A stretch of 27,159 nucleotides of DNA, from assembly GCA_000934665.2 (NCBI GenBank), contig KZ538271.1:62001-89159 (forward strand), read 5' to 3'. A model generated the notes under the pieces. The model did not search any database. It was not told the origin of the DNA and saw only the letters and a program-made list of their open reading frames with translations. This document shows positions 11,541 through 22,042 of the stretch, piece after piece; the first letter of the stretch is position 1, and each line of letters opens with the position of its first letter. Origin of the DNA: Catajapyx aquilonaris. Lineage: Eukaryota. Made by a program: the position numbers and the translations under genes.

Positions 11541-11970
11541 CTAACGAGCTGCACTCATAATCTGAAATTGAGAAATAATGGAATTGGCTGTAACATTGCC
11601 AGTGCTGCCTCCTCCTGCCACTGCTGCTCTCACCTCTTCCAAGTAGCAGACGACTTTTGTTCTTCTTTTTGCCTTGGCACACGCAAGTGCGCCTGTAAGG
11701 TCAGCACCTCTGTCGACAAGCATGGTGGATGGGCTGCTCACCGTGAGGGTCTTGTTTAGCTAAGGGTGCTCCTGCTCTGATCAGGTCTTGGCATACAGAG
11801 AAGCGTCCCTTCTGGCAGCCAAGTGGAGGGCATTCAGGCAAAAACGTCGGTCTTTCCACCTGTCTGCTGGCCATCCTTTGCTCAGAAGGTAGACGTCCAG
11901 GATGCGTACGCAGGTCCTCCATGACAGTCAGGGCAACATGTATAGCATATGGAGTTTTACCTTCCCTTTT
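11541..11970 (-). pseudogene. Frameshifted ankyrin-repeat protein gene remnant (3' exons)
   Basis: Ankyrin-like segments in shifting frames: GKTPYAIHVA; YLLSKG...LNALHLAA; QKGRFSVCQDLIRAGAPLAKQDPHGEQPIHHAC; MLVDRGADLTGALACAKAKRRTKVVCYLEE. A 72-nt GTGAG..TTTCAG intron (11633-11562) leads to IMSAAR*. Confidence 0.65.
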
Positions 11971-14399
11971 AAGAATGAATGTCAGTGTTTAAAAAAATTA
12001 ATTCCTGTTACTGGCAGGTGGTAATATCAGTAGAGGTTACCTCCATTATGTAAAATATGTATTTTGAAGACAGGTGCCTGACAGTGGTACTGCACCAAAT
12101 ATATTATTGTGAGGTATACAGCTTTTTCAAAATATCAACAAAAAGGCTGTCAAAATTTGGTAACTATAGTTACTAATAGAAAAAAAACTCACTTGCAAAA
12201 TAATGTGAATCATCCTACTGTATACCTGTTGTCAAGCGTTCCCAAGCGTTCCCAAATGTTCACAAGCGTGATTCCAGAGTGGCTACTGCGAGGGCTACTG
12301 CAATATTTATTGTTTGTTACCGCCGAATCACTGCTGTCCCATGCCACGTACTTGTGATGGGAATGGATCTCCCATTGCCATACAAAGATTAAGAATCATG
12401 CACATTTTGGCAGCCCTTGCAAATTTTGCAATTTTTGGTAACTTCAAATATTTGAAATCTTGTATATATCAGTTGAGTGTCACTCATTTTTGCAATTCTG
12501 TGTTTCTTGCTTTTCATTCACATTGCTTTGCATCATTTTTGCTACAAAATATTTTTAAGGGGCGCACAGGATTTCAGCAGATCATACTTCATTATTAGCA
12601 CTGTTTGCAAAAATATAATTTTCATTCAAAAAATTAGTGTGATTACTGAATAGGTATTATTTATTAATTTCTGCAGAAGTGAAACCTGATGCGTGATAGG
12701 CACAATAACCTATCATATTCTGTATGTGCCACTTGTTGCCACTTGCCACCAGCCTTCGGCAGTCAACAAGTCCTTCGGTGACTGCCTCGTTTCTGTTTGG
12801 GACTTGCCACACTTGTGACTCATACTCATCCTTTGATATAGGGAATGGCTGAAGGTGTTGCTAAGATGAACACTGGTCCACCTCTACGTTGAATCCTGGC
12901 CCTTCTTTACCCCAATGGCTTCTCCACCTTGTGTCTCCCCGTGACCCCGAAGAGCTATGCCGGCGGTAGATTAGTCTACTGGCAGGGTTTCCCAAGCCGG
13001 ACAGGTCTTTGGGGTAGGAGGTATTCCTTCTCTCCTTCCTTCCTTTTCCTGTCTTTGGACTCCTTGACAGCCAAATAGCCTGAGATGCTTCTGCGCTTGC
13101 AGTTTTTTTTAAAGAATGGTTCCCAACATGATTTCCTTCAGTTGGCATAAAGATAGAGTGATACTCCTTGTGCAGTCTCTTAAAATGCTCACCATCCATA
13201 ACATCCATGCAACATCCATGTGCCACAACATGTGCATTTTGGACAGGTGTGCTTAGACTTCCATACTCCACTACTTCTTGGATACATCACCTTTGACGCA
13301 CTGGCATGTTGCTTGTGCAGTTCCTCCAGGAATGCTGCTGGATGGCTCTTCTGCATGCACCTGTGAAGATGTTTTGTCTCAAAACAAGTACAAACAATTG
13401 TCACTTTGTAGGCAGCTAATGACGCAGCTGCTAAACAAGAAGGCAATGAACAAATAAACACTTTCTATATACTTCAAAGCTTCCGTTGGAGTGATGTGTT
13501 TAATAACGGCACTGATCATAATCGTTACATGTCTAATTTTTCAATAATAATAAGTATGCCTGTTATGCTCTGGTGCAGTGCACCTAATATGTTGATGTTA
13601 TGCTAAAACCATAAGCGTCTGAAGCAAGTTACCATACCTGATGCTTGATCACTTATCTCATCAGTATCCATACTGTCTGAGAACCTTCCTGGCTGCAATG
13701 TGCAAGTTATGGCGGATTCAGTTCTTAAAAAAATCAAGTTCAAATTATTATCAAGAGAACGAAGAATATGTTTGTCTCCAGTCAGTGTTCCATATTCCAT
13801 CAGTTGATGTTAATATTTAGACAAACTTCAAGAGCAACTTGTGGAAATTCTTCTGCAATTCACATCCATATCTTGATTATTGTAATATCATCGTCCAGTA
13901 TGGAATTTTCGCTGCACTATCAACAGTGTCACACTGGCTAGTGCCCCAGACTGGCATTATATTGCTACCAAGTTGCACAGGAGATACAACTACGTATGTG
14001 CACCCTCTCATAAATGCCTTTAATGTTAAGAACAGAAGAAGAAAATCAAAGTGATTACCACTAATTAATATACTAATATACTGATACACTAATGTCATAA
14101 AAGGAATGTTTCATGTTTTGGAATATCATTCATGTCGTAAAATGCTTTTTCTTCTTTGATTTTTACTTGTACTAGTAATCACATAACACTGAGACAAAAT
14201 GGGATTTGCGTTCATATGCTGCTATACGGCTCAGCTACATACGAAAATGTGCAAATTAATACCCAATGACATTAAAATACATTATTTCTCTGGATGTCCA
14301 GAAACTGTAATGATTTCCTCCCTGGAGCATTTCCTATGGATCATCATGCACAATATCTTCGGCCTCTTCCAACGATATGTCGGTATCATCCGTGTCTTG

Positions 14400-14600
14400 C
14401 ACTGAGAAGACCTTTTGGTCGCACTTGTATGGCCCTCCGTGACGATCTTTGTCAGTTCCTTCTTCATCCTGTCTGCTATCCGGTTCTCCGCCCCTTGGAG
14501 CAATCGTTCGATTTCTTCCAGTGTCACCCCCATTTGCTCGGTTCGCTAGACTCTGACTGACTATAATCAGAACGATCTCACCATCACACGTGTGCTCTGC
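14400..14600 (-). mobile_element. 5' fragment of a LINE (ORF1 N-terminus)
   Basis: MGVTLEEIERLLQGAENRIADRMKKELTKIVTE aligns with the ORF1 start of the LINE at 18206 (MGASVEEIEVLLQ/VEERMVLRMMKSEISKVVTE). Confidence 0.65.
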
Positions 14601-15240
14601 GCGGTATAGACAGAGGAGAAGTGATGTACAGGCATAGAATACAAGGCAATAAATGCAGGTTGTTTCTTGACTATTTTCCTGTGGATTTCTTCTTTTTTCA
14701 CCGCATTGTATAATCTAGCAGTGTACATATTAATCGACTCTAATCTTTGTACATATTATTTTAATCCGAAAGGTTGGTTCCATCTACGAATCTGTCCATG
14801 TACATTAGCAGGTCCAATAGAGAGGACTTGTGCTTTTAACTGACAAGGACAACAATATCTGGAAGTATAGTGATATTTTAGTCGATTATGTTAACAAAAC
14901 ACTTAATGTCCTGTCTCCAACCATCAGACACTATCTTTTCACTACTTCCTTCCTACCCCTTCTTTATATAAACAAGATTGGCAAATGACGTGAGCGTGAC
15001 TCGAGTATACTTTTTCTCGTCCGCCACCCGACCAGCCGAAAACAAAGGGAGACAAAAATGTCAGAAGGTCATTCCGACGGGCCCTTTCCCATGCCCCCAG
15101 TCCCCCCCCCCCTTCCTTCCTGATATCCTCACATGACATTCCAGCCACCCCTGACTCCATTAGGTCGCATGGTCAATTTCAGTGGCTATTGTGGGCTAAA
15201 TCCGGGAACTCTAAGAATCTGGACCTTCACCTCTCTTGAT

Positions 15241-15399
15241 ACCACTGCGGCTTGACTACATAAACTCCGCAATGTCTTCAAAAATATTGTTATCGCCAAT
15301 GCCGAGGGTTTGGAGCTTGGCAAATAAATTATCTTGGTTGACAGAATTGAACGCTTGCTTGAGGTCTATGAAGGTCACATATAGTTTGGGTCCATCTTT
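15241..15399 (-). mobile_element. Non-LTR retrotransposon reverse transcriptase fragment
   Basis: Minus-strand translation KDGPKLYVTFIDLKQAFNSVNQDNLFAKLQTLGI matches the FID-x2-KAFDSV RT motif. Confidence 0.8.
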
Positions 15400-16281
15400 T
15401 GAGATGTATCCTATAGGGCCATGACAGCATGTACTTTCTCATTTCTGTACACCTTGCTGTACACTAAAATGTCCTCCAAACACTATAGTCGCACCTGTTC
15501 GTTTTCTCCGCCTCTGATGAAGCCTGATCAACACTCACTTCCTCCGCTGCTATGGCCAAACAACCTGCGCAATTTTTGTCTGTCTTGTCTGTCTGTCTCA
15601 CACACCTGTACCATTAAATGGTGCAATGAGATTCATCTGCTGTGACAAAATTGATCTTACACATTACTACTTGAGTGACTTATTGATGTATATTTACGCC
15701 TACATTCATATATGCAACACCTCACATATTCGTAATCCCTGGGAACATGGTCTTCTGCTATCAATCTGATTCAATCTCATAACATCACAGCCTTTAAGTT
15801 GGTTTTCATCCTTATTGAGTAATGAAGAGTGACTCAGCACCTTGCTCATTTATCATTTTCCTAGAGAAGTGAAATGGACCCCTGTCTGCAAAGTAAAGCT
15901 CTTACGTGGTTTTTGATGCAAGCGACAGAGTGCTCTCATCTAAAATAAAACTGCAGTAGTTATGGACCGAATACATGTAAGGTGGCAGCCTTGAGTCGCC
16001 AGTCCGCCCTCGCAGACCGTTGCTCAACTGCCTGACTGTAGTAATAACCAGCAAGGCAGGCATGTACGGAGGTATCCATACTTGTCAGGTTAGAAATAAT
16101 CATCAACATCGCATCGTCGCCGGCCATTCGGACTCATACCATGCTTCTTCCATAAGTAGACTATTCCCTACCACCAGTACCATTTTGACAGATGAATATG
16201 GGAATAAGGAAAGGAAATAATTTTAAATAATTCAGGCCTCCAAATGTAATAGGCCTACGTTGAGTTCATGGAAGAATATGG

Positions 16282-16282
<1 letters not shown>

Positions 16283-16336
<54 letters not shown>
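16283..16336. repeat. (AAT)18 microsatellite forming the 3' tail of the adjacent LINE
   Basis: Perfect trinucleotide run that directly follows a minus-strand AATAAA (16336-16341). Confidence 0.95.
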
Positions 16337-18497
16337 TTATTATTCCCCTGTGCCCGAAAGCTTGCGGGGAAGACCTCCCATACATTTACAAACCACTTAA
16401 ATCACTGTCATTTATAGTACAATATCACAGAATTTCAAGGATGCTACTGCTAAGGAAAGAAAGTATATATTTGATGAACGGCATGAATAGGCATAGATGC
16501 AAAGAGTAAATGTACCTTATCAGGAGGAAGCTTATTTGGAATACCTCCCAATTTATCCCTTCTCAATGCACGGAAAAATGGACACTCATAAATGAGATGG
16601 AAAAGAGACCAGTTGACATTGCTATTGCAGAGCGAGCATGGATTATCCCGATTTTCGGGAGGGAAGCTCAGTTTATAATCTTTAACGTAAAAAGAATAAG
16701 AATTTTAACTAAACCTTGTCGATTTGTGAAGTCCCCGTTCAACAACCACTCTTTCCAATCAAAACCTGACCTCCAGAACATATTCCCTGGTCGCTCTTGC
16801 CCATTTCAGCTCAACCTTCGCATCAATCATCCAGCACAGAGCTATCTTACTCCACCTGTCCACAGGTAATGCTATTGTTTTTACCAGAAAGTTCAGCAGT
16901 ACGTATGTTGCTTAAAAATGTTGAGATGCAACCTTCCTGTCTCCATCCGTACAAAGTATCCAGCCGTATTTCTAGGGAGGGCCAAAAAAAATTTAATGAA
17001 ATAAGTAATGATAATGAATAAGAAATGAGTAATACTATGGGTCCATCAAGCCTTCGTAATGAAAATGGGCTAATTGTCCTGGGAAACACAATTGCGGGTC
17101 TTGGTATATACCACTGCTGCAGATACTCTGGCCAGACTTCTTGTTCCTCAACATTATGTTTATTGTCCTTACCCCCACTTCTATGAGTTTTTACTAAAGA
17201 CCAGAATTTCGCCATGTCCGAGGTGTCTAACAACTGCTGGATTTTAACACTGTAGATTTTTTTTTTCCTTCGCCTGAAGCTCTTTCTTGTACAACTGGGC
17301 TGCATTGTATATTTTTGTCGTAGAACCTCGGTTGGGTCAGCTTTCCATGTCGCCAGGGCTTTGAGCACGAGCCTTTTATCATTCCGTAATTTTGCGTCAT
17401 ACCAATGAGCTCGAGATTTCCCGCGCTCGCAGTGAAGGATAATTGAAATTCTGAATTATTCCCGTTTCACTCAATAGACCATTAACGGACATAATTTGCG
17501 GCCTTGAGGATTAATCGTTATATCTCTCGAATTTTTCATACTTTGCAGTGAAGAGACCTCGATAGGATCGTATATTAAACTTTGTGATTCAGATCCTATT
17601 CGAGCATTGAAATCTCCGGATAGAATTATATCATACCCTTCATCCAACCAAGGAGTAATAGCTTCTTCCAATTGTAACAAACAATCATCATACTTTTTAG
17701 ATGGATTGATCAGATTGGATTGAGAAATCTTCCGACAGCGACAACCTTGCTTCAACCTTGCTGCATTGCCCATCAGTGCCTTCTTGGCCTTAAAAAATGT
17801 GCAGCGCAGTATAATTGGGCGGATATGGCCCTGCCGAAGCCCTCCTAAACGGTGACATCTCTCCACTGATAAAATGGTAGTCTCTGTCGATGATGCCAAA
17901 GTGACGGATGACCTTCAATGCTGTTTGGCCCATGATTCTTGCCCATCTGGCCCCACCCCAAACAGGATCACATTCTTGCGTCGGCCTCTGTCCTCCATTT
18001 CCGCCACCTTGTGCTCCAGCGCTGCCATTTGACTCTTTACCGTCTTCAGATCTTCCTCCATCGATCCCAGCCGGACATGGACCACTGCCACTTGCTCCTG
18101 GATCGCCTCAGTCACCACTTTGGAGATCTCACTCTTCATCATTCTTAGGACCATTCTCTCTTCTACGCTGTAGTAAAACTTCTATCTCCTCGACAGAGGC
18201 CCCCATTTTCCTAGCGAAATGTCGAGCCCTTATCACTAGCTCTGGAGTCGCAGCCGATTCTCAGAGCATTGAGCTGCTCAATCTCTGCCTTCAGCCTCTC
18301 AATTTCTGTCTTGGATTCGGCCAACTTGGCCCTCAGTTCTTCATTCTTGTCCTGAAGCTTGTCCCACTTTGCCTCAACAATCTGGAGCTCTGCTGGTACC
18401 ATGTCTGCTGAGGTGTCGGCGCTACGTCCAGACATATTATCTCTCTGCTCTCTGATCCGACCGAAGGCTGACTGAAGAGTGAATGCAAGCTCCTTCT
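16287..18497 (-). mobile_element. APE-type LINE, internally deleted (ORF1, partial endonuclease, no RT, CCHC C-terminus, (TTA)n tail), with 13-bp TSD
   Basis: ORF1: coiled coil, EDRGRRKNVILFGV and ERCHRLG..RPIILRC motifs. Endonuclease: GDFNARIG...SRDITINPQGRKL. Linker: WYD...FWSLVK. C-terminal CSLC-x8-HLIYEC. TSD GAATATGGGAATA at 16274-16286 and 18498-18510. Confidence 0.85.
18211..18435 (-). CDS. 74-aa coiled-coil ORF upstream of LINE ORF1
   Basis: ATG at 18435 to TAG at 18213-18211. Heptad pattern KWDKLQDKNEELRAKLAESKTEIERLKAEIEQLNAL. The ORF1 ATG follows after a 4-nt gap, at 18206. Confidence 0.5.
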   Translation of the reverse strand: MSGRSADTSADMVPAELQIVEAKWDKLQDKNEELRAKLAESKTEIERLKAEIEQLNALRIGCDSRASDKGSTFR

Positions 18498-18599
18498 GAA
18501 TATGGGAATACGGTGTATGTAGCGCAAAAAGATGGTGATGATTATTTCTCATTGAAACCAGTTGCATCCATATTTGTGAGCGATATACACGGTACAGTA

Positions 18600-18679
18600 T
18601 ACCTTTTGTAGACCCTATTTTAAGCCCAAGTGTAGGACTACTGAGGTAATGAGATTTTCTTAAAAATGATAGTGACATA
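18600..18679 (+). repeat. Dispersed repeat copy 1 (copy 2 at 20828-21017 is interrupted by a ~108-bp insertion)
   Basis: taccttttgtag.ccctattttaagc...gcccaagtgt.ggactactgaggtaatgagatt is shared by both copies. Confidence 0.8.
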
Positions 18680-19862
18680 GAAGCATAATAAACAGTTCCG
18701 ACATCAGCTTCAATTGTCCTGTCTGAGTGAGAGGCAGGGAAGTATGTCAAAAGAGACAGGGATTATGTGATTCCAACATTTCTTTAACAAGATAATGCAT
18801 GCCAAGTACTATAATATGAAATTGACACATCGACAAACGGACCTTCAGTTCCTGAATTTCTGTCTCCAGGATCGTCCTGTGGCCGTTAGCATCATCGAGC
18901 TCCTTTGACAACTCCCCATTCTTTTTGCTGCGAGAGATTGATTTAAAACCAGCTCCTGCTGTAAGAGTGTATAACCGTTACGAACCTCAACTGCTCCATG
19001 AGGCTATCCACTGATGGTTGCACTGTGTAGGTTATCCTGCAGTTCTCCTGCAGCGACTGAATTGGTGACTGCTCTGAAGAGGAGTTGATCATAAGCACGT
19101 TTTTACAATTTAACTCTTACCATCTGATACCTTTGAGCACTTGAATGAAATTAATATACCGTACCTAACTCTTAGACTTCTCGTGCACTTTTTCAGCTAG
19201 TGAGTTTTCTAGCCCTTTTATAAAACACCGGTACAAAATTATGATTCTTTCAGGTTTCACAGGTTTGGCGTATTCTTAAAATTTAAAATTTGGCGTAGGC
19301 CTACTTCAGACCTTGCAAAAGGGCAACATGAGTCTCCTGGATGCGCCTGGATGGTCAGCCTGAAAGGTAATGATACACACATTAGATGTGATGGCCCATG
19401 CTTAGAGATTTGATTTATGCATAGTATGAGATGTAAAACTTCATTTCACCTAGTCCAGGCATGGACAGATAGGTGACATCATCTGACAGACATACATCAT
19501 CATAAGTCAGAACATTATTTTGAGCTTTCTGTCTTGCAAATCCTTTTGCTTATGTCTTATACAGGGTGATTCTCCCAAATGGAAATCCAAACATTTCCCA
19601 ATAACTTTTTAACTATGGTATGGTTTCCGATTGACATGTACTTCACTTGTATCATTGGCAAGCCCGCTGGCAGCTCCCTGAACCATGTCACTTTCTACCC
19701 CAAAAATATTCTTTTTTTTGCAGTTTATACCTAAAAATCAGTTCAGTTTCCGACATTATAAGTAGGCGTGTAAGTAGGGAGCCCTTGTTCCGAATTTTAA
19801 GTTCAACTTGTAGCATGTTTTTCACAGACACTGTTTTGACTTAAGATTCACTACCCAACCAC

Positions 19863-20016
19863 CTGGGGACTTCTTCCATCTGGAGGGAGGCCTGTCTTCC
19901 CCCTTCCTCATTGACCACAGGCCGCATGCGTTGCAGTACCTCCTTCCAGCTCTGTTCCGCCACTGCGTCGTGCTGGTGGTCCTGCAGTTGCAGCAGGTCT
20001 GGGGCAATGCCCCGTT
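19863..20016 (-). CDS. Exon encoding a divergent single GATA-type zinc finger (gene possibly degenerate)
   Basis: Acceptor TTTCATTCCTAG, then NGALPQTCCNCRTTSTTQWRNRAGRRYCNACGLWSMRKGEDRP. This is C-x2-C-x16-CNACGL with the T-x2-WR motif. Donor position is uncertain. Confidence 0.7.
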
Positions 20017-20294
20017 CTAGGAATGAAACAAAGTGGCTCACACTTTAATAGAACCATCGAAAGCCACTGCATTGTATAGGGGGAAGCATACGTGTATGCT
20101 TTAGAGAGCAGGTGTAGTGACAAAAATAACAATAATCGCAATTATGGCGAAAACCTTCAGAATCGTCATTTGTGATTCCATATAACAACCCTACAAGTTT
20201 ACACTCCGAATCACATCTGTGTGAACCTTTTTGGATACCCATACCCCAGAGGGGGTCGGTATAGAGCCGCCGCGCCACAAAATTAGTTCCCGGT

Positions 20295-20826
20295 ATCTCT
20301 GGCCGCCCCTAGGCATAACCTTATCTGCCGCCCCCCCACTCCCGTCTGTTTTTTAGGTCCGAGATTGGGGAAATTCCTCAATTTGCGGATTTCAAAGCCA
20401 AATATCTCGAAAATTGTTGTTTCAAATTATTTTGAAATTTTGGTGATTCAAGTACTTAGCTAAATCCAGTGAATTTCATCTTGGAAGTTATACATTTTCT
20501 ATGCCGCTCCAAGGTGAATCGGCCGATGCCCAGACAAGTAAGGGTGAAAGTCGCCTGTAGATCCTGCACAGATCCCCACTGTCCTATAGGGGGGAAGGGT
20601 GCACGCGACTTTCGCCTTACTGGTCTCGAGCATCTGGCGATTCATCTTGGGGCGGCACATGAACGGTGACGCCATAAAGTCTTGCATAAAGTACATATTT
20701 TCGCACGCGTCAAAATTTTCTCCTCGATAAAATTATCTTGACTCTAGGGAGGCAAATTTTGCCGCCCCCTAAAATTTGCCGCCCTAGGCACGTGCCTACT
20801 TGGCCTCATTGGTAATATGTCACTGG
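20295..20826. mobile_element. Non-autonomous DNA transposon remnant (hAT-like) with GCCGCCC subterminal repeats and an internal hairpin
   Basis: gccgccc(c)taggca repeated near both ends; the right end reads gcctacttggcctcattggtaatatgtcactg; internal inverted repeat at 20502-20657. Confidence 0.5.
20502..20657. repeat. ~53-bp imperfect inverted repeat with a ~50-nt loop
   Basis: 20502-20554 is reverse-complementary to 20605-20657, with a few mismatches. Confidence 0.9.
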
Positions 20827-20853
20827 GTACCTTTTGTAGGCCCTATTTTAAGC

Positions 20854-20961
20854 ATGCATTGAAAATGAAAATTTTTCAGGAGCTTCGCTGTCACAGTCTT
20901 ACTAAAAAGGGGCTCCATGGTTTGGGAACCACTGCTCTAGTAGTCTAGTTCATACCGTAAT
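20854..20961. mobile_element. hAT/Charlie-like MITE fragment
   Basis: GGTTTGGGAACCACTG at 20919-20934 is the reverse complement of the CAGTGGTTCCCAAAC hAT TIR; it interrupts dispersed repeat copy 2. Confidence 0.55.
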
Positions 20962-21353
20962 GCCCAAGTGTTGGACTACTGAGGTAATGAGATTATCTTT
21001 AAAATGATACTGACATAATTATAAACATAAACGTGACCTACACGTCAAAAATTACCTCTGCAATTTTGTTGTTATTTGATAGCTACCATTGGATACTGTG
21101 AAGGTAATCGTCATCAACTGTTAGATTTGCATATAAAATTATTGCATATAAATGTTTTTCAGTGCTCAATATTGTATTAAACAGCTGATCAGTCATAGAA
21201 TTGCAAAGGACATTCGCCAAGGTGTAATTTTCAGTTAACTGCATGAAAAACCCTAACTTACCTGTTGAACTTCTAATTGAACTATGAAGATTTATGTGCG
21301 GCCTCATAGAAATTTGCACACCCCCATTATGGCAAAAAAAACAGTGTTAACTG

Positions 21354-21748
21354 TGTGACCTTCGTAGTTAGGTCGCAACTACTGTTGGGGATGGTTCCAA
21401 ACAAGTAGACTAGGGTTCAACTCAGGATTTCCATTTAATGTCACTGCCATTTTACAAACAGGGTGAGCGGTTGATTTGGAGGTAATAGGGGTTGTTCAGA
21501 TGGAGGGGGAAAAGTAGACGGAAAAAGAGGCATGGCCAGTGGCGGCAGGTGAGCACCACCAAAGGCCTCGATTGGATACAAGGAGACGGTTTATATAGGA
21601 AAGTTTGATGCATTGTGGGTATGTACAACTGAAGATAAGATGACATCGCAGCATGTACTTGCTCTTCCGAGTCAAACAGAAAAGGTCAGGTTAGATGGAT
21701 AGGGGATAAGACCTGCACAGTTATCTGTCCAAATTTTGCAAGGTCACA
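21354..21748 (-). repeat. 3' LTR of element A (395 bp)
   Basis: TG...CA ends with 9-bp terminal inverted repeats; minus-strand TATATAAA at 21597-21590 and ATTAAA at 21439-21434. Confidence 0.92.
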
Positions 21749-22042
21749 CACCCCTATGCTCAGATATCGCTAACAGCTACAAGGATAAGGAAGGCATAAA
21801 TATATACATTTAACACCCAATCTTTCCAATCGACCCGACCCGGTATAGTTCTCCGACGGCCGGTTCACTTGGGCTCACATCCCAAACAATATTCAAAGAA
21901 ACTACTGACTCAACTAAAAAAAGCAGTTCACTCTTATCTTGTCAAACCATAAGAAAATGGGGCCAGTAGATTATACGAACACAGTCACATTCACCCGGTC
22001 GTCACTCACTTCCCCTGAAGATAACACTTTGTCCAGGTTCAC

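Noticed and set aside
14940..15000. CCAAT plus TATATAAA on the minus strand as a gene promoter
   Set aside because: It lies among TE fragments with no assignable downstream gene; probably TE-derived or chance.
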